Shown one piece after another: positions 49,052 to 56,694 of a stretch of 64,000 nucleotides of DNA. Each line of letters starts with the position of its first letter. Position 1 is the stretch's first letter. Position numbers and translations under genes: made by a program. Origin of the DNA: a virus; IMG/VR virus record IMGVR_UViG_3300036861_000632, positions 29,587 through 93,586 of that record. One strand, 5' to 3'. Under the pieces are notes generated by a model. The model worked only from the letters and a program-made list of their open reading frames with translations. It ran no database searches and was not told the origin of the DNA.

Positions 49052-50789
49052 ATGCACGCCATCCACATACCCCTTTGAACCATCACATCTACGCCAAGCT
49101 CACCCCGCCGGAACAACTGGCCGCCACCAACCGGGCCATCTCCCAATGCGAGGAAAAGCTCACCCAGCTTTACGTTGATGAGGACATTGATCCTTCATTG
49201 AAGGACGATGAGAAGCACGCCGGCCAACTGCGCGGTGAAACCCTGTGCCTGAACATCCTCAAGTCGGAACGCGAACGGCTGGAGGCGGAGTATGCGAGAA
49301 GGAATTGAAACATGAACGCTGACACGCAACCCGATTTATTGGAGTGCCTTGTGGTGACTCTTGAACATGGCTGGCTGTGTATCCGTAACACCCACGGATG
49401 GTTGCTTTGGTCATCTAAGGCCACGGAAATAGACTGGCATCGTGGCGTGGTGATGGCTGACATCGCGGGCGAGCTTCGGAAGAACCAAGCCGCATGGCAG
49501 AAGGACCACGACGAAATGGAGGCTGCTAAATGAACCCAATCCTCAACCAGCTAATCCTCGAACTGAAAACCGCCAGCCAGCTCACCGCGGCTCCGACGAA
49601 GGGCGCCCGCAAGCGTTGGGCGAAGATCGTCGAAGCGGCCAGCGTGACGCTCGCGACCGAGCACAAGCTGACAATGGCTCTCACCACTGCGGCAACTCAC
49701 GTTCTCGGCCATGTCCACGTCGAATTGCACAAAGCGCGGGGTGACGAGTATGTGGCGCTTATCAAGCGAACCAAGTAGCATGTCTTTCGACAGCGCACTT
49801 TCAAGCGGCGAGCCGGTGCGCCGCGCTACAAATGCGACGATGGGTTGTGAGCCTGCGCGCTGTCGGTTGTGTTGTACGCAGTAATCGTCGTCCCGGCATA
49901 CTTTCTATGAAGCTCTACATCCTCAAACGCAACAACGGCGAGGCTGAATGCCTCGTCCAAGATCAGGCCAGCGGATTCAAGCGGCTGCTCGAAATCGGTC
50001 CATCGCTGAAGCTCGCCAGCCATAGTCCAACAGGATTCGCATTCGGTTATGCCGGTAGCGGACCCGCTCAACTGGCACTGGCCATCCTGCTCGACTACAC
50101 GGGCGACGAACAGCGCGCACTCCGCTGGCATCAGGACTTCAAGCAGGCATGGATTGCCGGCGCTCAAGCCGGGCAGATCATCGGTTCGACCGATCTCAAC
50201 GACTTTCTTTCGACGAGGGCATGAGCGGACTCAAAAACAATCGCATGAAACCAACCAAACTCGGAAAAGTAGAACGCACCAGCCGCGGCTTTGAAGTCGT
50301 GAACTTCACTGACCACTACGGAACAAAATGCAGCATCCAAGCGGGCAGTCTCGCCATCTATGCAAAGCCCGGCACATCCGCCGTGTGGCTTGGAGTGGAT
50401 GACGTTGAACCGAAAGTGATGGCGAGCCAGGCGGCGAGGTTCGGGATCAAGACGGAAAAAACAACAGGCTGGATACCGTATCCCATCCCGCCAGATGTCA
50501 GTCTGGCGACCCGAATGCACCTGAACCGCGAGCAAGTCGAAGCCCTGATTCAGACGCTTCAAAGCTGGCTGAAGCGGGACACGTTCAAATTGAAAACCGG
50601 CAAATGAAAAGACTTCTTGAATGGCTCCGCTTCAAGCTGACCGGCAAGCGCGACGAAGGCGCAATGGTCGTGCTGGAACATGACAGCCGCAAAAACACGT
50701 TCCGAATCCTGAGCGCCAAGACCGGCCCCTACAGCGAGGCGGACTGGCAGCAGGCACTCGGCCGCACAAAGCGATTGGAAGGCAAATAG
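49052..50789 (+). CDS. Six small genes (49052-49308, 49312-49533, 49530-49778, 49907-50224 DUF6166-like, 50245-50607, 50604-50789)
   Basis: 49907 has HSPTGFAFGYAGSGPAQLALAIL; 50245 has TSRGF...CSIQ..SLA. Confidence 0.6.
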
Positions 50790-50790
50790 C

Positions 50791-51168
50791 ATGGACCTGA
50801 TCTTATTCCCCACCAGCCCCAACGAATTCAAAGCGATCTTTCCAGACAACGCGGCGTGCGCGAAATATCTGGAGTCGCTTCGTTGGCCCAAAGGATTCAC
50901 CTGTCCGAACTGCGGGCTGCATGGCGAGCCATACCGCTTCAAAACCAGATCATCCGTGGTCCTGCGCTGCCGGCGTTGCCAAGTGAGCACGTCGTTGACG
51001 GCGGGAACGGTAATGCGATCAAGCCGTGTACCGCTAATCGTTTGGTTCCGCGCGGCCTATCTCACGACGACCAACCCCAATCAACCCATCGTTCAATTCC
51101 AGCGGCAGCTTCGACTGAAGCACTACCAGACGGCGCATCGGATGGCCAAGCTTCTGAGGGCGCGCTAA
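50791..51168 (+). pseudogene. IS1595-family transposase N-terminal Zn-ribbon/HTH only (no DDE domain)
   Basis: FPDNAACAKYLESLRWPKGFTCPNCG...CRRC...SLTAGT...YQTAHRM, then a stop. Confidence 0.8.
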
Positions 51169-51220
51169 TCAATATCAGATACCGCTTGACCTGTAGATAC
51201 GTTTTTCTACAGTAGAGCAC

Positions 51221-51823
51221 ATGAGTATGACCTTCACGAAGCTGTTTTCATCCATCACTGAGAGCACGATTTGGAGCGAGTCCTCTGACGTGCGCTTGGT
51301 CTGGATCACTATGCTGGCAATGGCTGACAGGCGCGGGCGGGTCTGGGCGAGCGTGCCAGGGCTTGCCAATCGGGCGCGCGTGCCATTGGCGGACTGCCGG
51401 GAAGCATTGGCAAAATTCCTCGGCCCTGACCCAGACAGCCGGACTCAGGCTTTTGAAGGCCGACGCATCGAAGTAATCGACGGCGGCTGGCGGCTGTTGA
51501 ACTATGAAAAGTATCGCCAGATTCGCGACGACGAATCCGTTCTGGAAGCCAAGCGAAGATATATCAACAACAGGCGGGCTGTAGAACGTGTAGATCGAGG
51601 TAGAGCCAATGCAGAGGCAGATTCAGAAGCAGAAGCAAAGGGGGAGTCCCCCGCTCTTTCTGCGACGGACAAGATAAGTTTGGAACGCGAGCGCAAGGAG
51701 TTGAAAGCGTCCTTGGCTGCCTCGGCCGGAGTTTCCTTCCGGTCCCCAGATGAAGTCGCAAAGCGCAAAGCCATGCGCGAGCGCATCGGCAAAATCGAGA
51801 AAGCCCTGCACATACCACTATGA
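51221..51823 (+). CDS. Initiator-like wHTH protein, paralog B (internal GTAGA repeats)
   Basis: FTKLFSSITESTIW...VWITMLA...ASVPGLA...PDPDSRT...GRRIE...GGW; EADSEAE linker. Confidence 0.75.
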   Translation: MSMTFTKLFSSITESTIWSESSDVRLVWITMLAMADRRGRVWASVPGLANRARVPLADCREALAKFLGPDPDSRTQAFEGRRIEVIDGGWRLLNYEKYRQIRDDESVLEAKRRYINNRRAVERVDRGRANAEADSEAEAKGESPALSATDKISLERERKELKASLAASAGVSFRSPDEVAKRKAMRERIGKIEKALHIPL

Positions 51824-52119
51824 ACAAAACCCAAATCCCAAACGACAAACTCCAGCAAGACATCGCTTTCCTGCTCAAGCGTGCGATGAAGGCCGGCTAT
51901 TGGTCTTCGGAAACCAAGGACCGCGATGTTGGAATGAGCAGCAACTCAATCGTCGCCATTGCCTATGGAGCACCGCTGAAAAATCAAGTCTTGCCGGCGG
52001 ACAAATCCGACTTCGCAGCCTGCGAAGCAATGTGGGAACAATTGCCACCGCACAGGAAAACTTTTACCGCCAAACAGGCGATGGCCTGTGCCTGCAATGC
52101 AATTAACGCCGCTGTATGA
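51820..52119 (+). CDS. Hypothetical protein
   Basis: ATGA-coupled on both sides. Confidence 0.65.
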   Translation: MNKTQIPNDKLQQDIAFLLKRAMKAGYWSSETKDRDVGMSSNSIVAIAYGAPLKNQVLPADKSDFAACEAMWEQLPPHRKTFTAKQAMACACNAINAAV

Positions 52120-55100
52120 ACCGCACCCAAATCCCCAACCAAATCCTGCAAGAGCACCTTGAGGCGTCAACGAATGCGTTAGAAAAAGGCGTAGCGCAAT
52201 TCGAGACTCCGCTTGAGTGGGCTGGCCCAATGGGCATTCCACTCCCGACGCACCGGCCAACGCTGATTGATCTGAATTGCGGCCACGGGCAACTGCTTCA
52301 AGGCATCGCCAACCACACGACCAAGCATCTGCTCGGCGTCGATATTGACCCGTGCCATCTGGTCAAGGCCGACCGGCCCGACCGAGACGACCGCATTCAG
52401 CGCGTCAAGATCAACGGCGACGTGACGCTCGTGGCCGATCTCTTTCGGAAGATCAACCTCGAAGGCGACCTATTCGTGCTCAATCCGCCGTGGGATTTGC
52501 ACTTCCATCGGGACCGCCTCAAGTTCCTTTTTCAAAGCGACTGTGAAGCGGTCGCCGCCGCCTTCAACGGAATCGACCCCCGGCTGGGCCGCGAGCAAAT
52601 CGACAGCACAATTGCGATGCTCATGCTCGCGCTGAACTTCTCATCCAGTCATGGCGAGGGCGTGCTCGTGGCGAACGAGGCCACGCTGCAACGCCTCATC
52701 TTCCGCAAGGGCGCTCCGCATGGCGCCCTGGCCGATCATGTCTGGGCGCATCTGGTCATCGCTGGCAATCCCATGACCGGCAACGCCCGCGCCGAATTTG
52801 AGGACGGATTCCAGACGGGCGTGATTTACTTCGCCCGGAGCCACCTGTCCGGGTGCGCGCCGGAAACCCTCATGCCGCCGGCCACCGATCTCGCGTCCTT
52901 CCGCAAGCAGGCGATGAACCTGAACCGCCTGTCGAATCGCGACGGGACACAGGTTCACAACGAGTATCAAATCCACACGGACGCGACGGGGCAGTTTGAG
53001 GGCGTCCGCGAGGAATGGGCGGAGATTCAAGGCAAGCGGCAAAAGCGGTTCAACATCTGGTTGGATGACCTTGGGATGATCCGCACGTATCTGTCGCGGT
53101 TTGACGATGCGGTGGCGGATAAGAATGAGGCGAAGGCGCTCTTTAGTCTGACGGATCAGAAACCGATGAATTTAGTGATGCAGGTTGCATCACGGGCCGC
53201 GCTCATGCGGGCGGTCAACGGAGGACTCTGGAAGGTAAGTCCTGAGTTGCCCGCCAAAGTGGCCGAGGCGATGGACGCCTACAACGCCATCCGCGCGCCG
53301 CTGTATCCGATGCCGGAGATCATGCGCTTGGCGTACGTTGATGAACAGTCGTTCATCAAGTGCATCAAGGATGTCGAGGTTCCCGCGCCGGACCTCGACG
53401 CGGACAGCCGCAAGCGGTTGCTGGCCTTCATCCATGCGCCGTCGAGTGAGACTTGGGAAGAAATCGCGCACCGCAGGTTGACGGGCGACACGGCATGGCG
53501 GATCGCCAATCGTCTTGATGCGAAATTCCGCGAAGCGTCGCCCTTGGCCGGAATCGGCAACGGCAGAGACGGCCTGCCGATTCGCGACAAGCCAGCCCGC
53601 GCGGATGGTGGGTGGGCTGTCGTGCCAGACACGAAAGTCTTCGACGCCTTTCTCGACAAGAAGGTTTTATTCGTGGCCGGCAAACGCTACGCCGTTTCCA
53701 GTCAGACCGTCATGGTCGAGCGCAAGGCGATGAAGCCGAATGCGGCCGGCGGTGACGATGAGGTGCTTTTGAATGGTCAGGAGCTTGCCATTTTAATCGA
53801 GGACGAATGCGGCAAGAAGCGGTGCTTCATGGACCGCCAGCACTTCGCCGCCAACGCCATCAAATCGGACACGGGCGGATGGCACGCCGAATCGGTGGAC
53901 CCGGACCTATCGTTGCAGGATTTGGTTGAAGGCTTTGAGATTCCCGACGTGCCCGACGTGGCCAAGTGTCACCCGGAAAAATACGCCGCCCATCTGGCCG
54001 CGCTTGAAGACATCGAGCGGTATCTCCCGCCGACGTTTCGCTTCAAGCAATTCCAACGCGAGGACGTGGCGCGAGGGGCCATCCATCCGGGGTGCATCTT
54101 CGGCCTTGATCCCGGCCTTGGCAAAACGATATGCGGGATCGCGCTCGCCTTGCTCAAGGTGGGCCATGACGCGCTCGTGCCGAAGAAGCCCTGCCTCATC
54201 GTCGCGCCCGGCAATTTGCACGCGCAGATGCTCGACGCTTACGCGAAGCTGAACATCCCCGTCACGCCTCTGGACTGTCAGGAAACCTACCGCACCTTCT
54301 GGCCGCTCAAACCCGGCTTCTATCTCACGAGCTTTATGCAACTGGCCCGCAACAAGGTGTTGAAGCTGCCGGAAGTGAACCACGAGACGACGCTGGCCGA
54401 TCTGGCGGAGGTCATGGTCGATCTCGGCATCAATCTGGCGGATGCGCAGAAGATGCACAAAGAGCAAACCGTCAAGAAGGCGGATCGCCTGACCCTCATG
54501 CAGTGCATCGTCGAGTTGTGCCGGGCGACGATCATCAAGATCGGCGAGGGTGTGGGCGAGGAAGTCAACGGCGTGCGCTGCGTCTATTCGCCGTCGCTGG
54601 CCGAACTCACCCGCGGCGTATTCGAGTGCGTCGTCATTGATGAGGGCACCAAGATCAAGGGCGAAGATTCACAGATCGGCGTCGGGTGCCGGTTGATGGA
54701 CCCGCCGTTCCGATTCGTGCTCACCGGCACGCCGATCAAGAACCGGCTCAAGGATTTGTTTTGGCTCATGTGGTGGGCCTGTAGCGGCAAGGTTGAAGCC
54801 ACGCCGCGCTTTCCCTACGGCGGCACCGCCGAGGAACAGGACCGTTACGAGGCCACGTTCGCCGTGTGCGAGCGCAATCTGACGAAGGAACGCGCCATGA
54901 ACGGCGGCCGGCTCAAGGAACAACCGACTGTCACCCGGCGGCGCGGCAAGTGGCGCGGACGCGGCAAGGTCACGCCGGAAGTGTGCAACATCCATCTGTG
55001 CTGGAAACTCAATGCGCCGAACCTGCTGCGCCGTCGCATGGAAGACATCGGGCAGGATGTGGTTCGCCGGATCACCAAGCCGATCTGGTGCCCGATGGGT

Positions 55101-56018
55101 GAGCAACAGGCGGAAGTCTATGGGTATCACCTGACCGCCCGTTATGAGGATGAGAATGGCAACGACTCGCCGCTCGCCAAGCTGACCGCCCTGCGCTCCG
55201 CCGCCGCCGCCCCACACTCCGATCTCCTGCTGAACAAATCCGGCCACCATGAAACGCCGTATCGCAGCAAAACCGAATACATCCCAAAGGTTGCCGCCGC
55301 GCTTGAGGTCATCCGCCAGATTCTCGAATCACGCGAACAGGTGGTCGTGTTCTCGGCGTTGCAGGAACCGAACCAAGCCTTGAGCCGGCGTTTGAAGGCG
55401 GCGGCCATCCCGCACCAGATTCTCGACGGGTCCATGACCCAGGGCAAGCGCGGCAAACACGCGCTGGACTTCAAACGCGGCTGGCCGGATGGCCCGCCAA
55501 TCGCCTTGGCGGGCATGTCCTCGATGGCGGAGGGCAACGACTGGCCACTGTGCCGGAATGCCATCATCATCGCCTACGATTGGGCCTACGACCTCTATGC
55601 GCAGGCGATCAAGCGGATTCACCGGCTCAATTCCGAGAAGGAAGTTACGATCTGGACGATCCTGTGCAAAGGGACCATTGACCGGAAGCTCGAAGCGTTG
55701 AAGGACGAGAAGGGCGACGCGGCGGAACTGGTGCTGGACGGCAAGTTGCTGGGCGAGGATGTGAGTCAGGTGAACCTGCGCGAGTTGCTACAGGTGGCCT
55801 ACGATGAGTTTGATCCCAAGGCGATCTATCCCGAATCCGAACTGGAGAAGCAGTGGCCGGAGTTGCGCGAGAAGCTGCGGGCGGCTTACAATGGCTGGCG
55901 CGTCGCACCGTCCGAACCGCCGAAGATCATCGAATTTCCGAAACCTGTGGCCGCCCAAATCTACATTCAACCCACCATCGTCCGGGCGGCGGCGTGGAAA
56001 CCGATGGTGTTTGCATGA
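52116..56018 (+). CDS. N6-adenine methyltransferase-SNF2 helicase fusion (DarB-like architecture)
   Basis: IDLNCGHG/GVDID/NPPW in the N-terminus. DPGLGKT, IDEG, LTGTPIKN, EGND and QAIKRIHR SF2 motifs in the C-terminus. Confidence 0.85.
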   Translation: MNRTQIPNQILQEHLEASTNALEKGVAQFETPLEWAGPMGIPLPTHRPTLIDLNCGHGQLLQGIANHTTKHLLGVDIDPCHLVKADRPDRDDRIQRVKINGDVTLVADLFRKINLEGDLFVLNPPWDLHFHRDRLKFLFQSDCEAVAAAFNGIDPRLGREQIDSTIAMLMLALNFSSSHGEGVLVANEATLQRLIFRKGAPHGALADHVWAHLVIAGNPMTGNARAEFEDGFQTGVIYFARSHLSGCAPETLMPPATDLASFRKQAMNLNRLSNRDGTQVHNEYQIHTDATGQFEGVREEWAEIQGKRQKRFNIWLDDLGMIRTYLSRFDDAVADKNEAKALFSLTDQKPMNLVMQVASRAALMRAVNGGLWKVSPELPAKVAEAMDAYNAIRAPLYPMPEIMRLAYVDEQSFIKCIKDVEVPAPDLDADSRKRLLAFIHAPSSETWEEIAHRRLTGDTAWRIANRLDAKFREASPLAGIGNGRDGLPIRDKPARADGGWAVVPDTKVFDAFLDKKVLFVAGKRYAVSSQTVMVERKAMKPNAAGGDDEVLLNGQELAILIEDECGKKRCFMDRQHFAANAIKSDTGGWHAESVDPDLSLQDLVEGFEIPDVPDVAKCHPEKYAAHLAALEDIERYLPPTFRFKQFQREDVARGAIHPGCIFGLDPGLGKTICGIALALLKVGHDALVPKKPCLIVAPGNLHAQMLDAYAKLNIPVTPLDCQETYRTFWPLKPGFYLTSFMQLARNKVLKLPEVNHETTLADLAEVMVDLGINLADAQKMHKEQTVKKADRLTLMQCIVELCRATIIKIGEGVGEEVNGVRCVYSPSLAELTRGVFECVVIDEGTKIKGEDSQIGVGCRLMDPPFRFVLTGTPIKNRLKDLFWLMWWACSGKVEATPRFPYGGTAEEQDRYEATFAVCERNLTKERAMNGGRLKEQPTVTRRRGKWRGRGKVTPEVCNIHLCWKLNAPNLLRRRMEDIGQDVVRRITKPIWCPMGEQQAEVYGYHLTARYEDENGNDSPLAKLTALRSAAAAPHSDLLLNKSGHHETPYRSKTEYIPKVAAALEVIRQILESREQVVVFSALQEPNQALSRRLKAAAIPHQILDGSMTQGKRGKHALDFKRGWPDGPPIALAGMSSMAEGNDWPLCRNAIIIAYDWAYDLYAQAIKRIHRLNSEKEVTIWTILCKGTIDRKLEALKDEKGDAAELVLDGKLLGEDVSQVNLRELLQVAYDEFDPKAIYPESELEKQWPELREKLRAAYNGWRVAPSEPPKIIEFPKPVAAQIYIQPTIVRAAAWKPMVFA

Positions 56019-56642
56019 AGACCGCCTACGAAGCCGCCCTTGACCGGGCGATAAAGAACGGGCCAACCAAGCCATTCGTCACGAAGTTATTTGGCGTGAC
56101 GCCTGACAACAAGACGATGCGCCGACTGCGGGCAATGTGGCATTCGCCGGACGTGGCCATCCATTCCGGGTATAAATCCGGCAAGACCCAAGCCTTCCGT
56201 GAACTCAACAAGGACCATACCGCATGAAGATCGCCGGCTACGAAATAGCCAAGAGCAACGGACGCGGCGGCAAGGCGGGCCGTGACCAAAACAAGACAGC
56301 CACGATTCAGGTGCGAGACACAACATGGATGGACGGCGGATACGTGCTGTGCAAACAATTCCGCTTCATCGTCGGCAGCGCGGAGTCTGAAAAGGCCGCG
56401 CTCAAGAAGGCACGCGATTGGGTGTTGAACCATTTATGAACCTAAAAACGCGACCAGTCCTGAAACCGAAACTCGTCAGGCCAACCAAGCTCCGAATTGG
56501 ATACGGAGACGGCGATGATTGGGTGCTGGAAATCACCGAGACTGGCAATCTGGAAATTAGTCATGGAGACAGGCTTTGCATCGTCGCCGCGCCGATTCTT
56601 GAGGACAAACTCCACCTATATTACGACCCACCAGCCAAATGA
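56015..56642 (+). CDS. Three small genes (56015-56227, 56224-56439, 56436-56642)
   Basis: ATGA-coupled chain. Confidence 0.55.
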
Positions 56643-56694
56643 GCCTCGACGTATATCTCACCGGAAAGACCAAGCAAGTCGCCTGCATCTGCGC

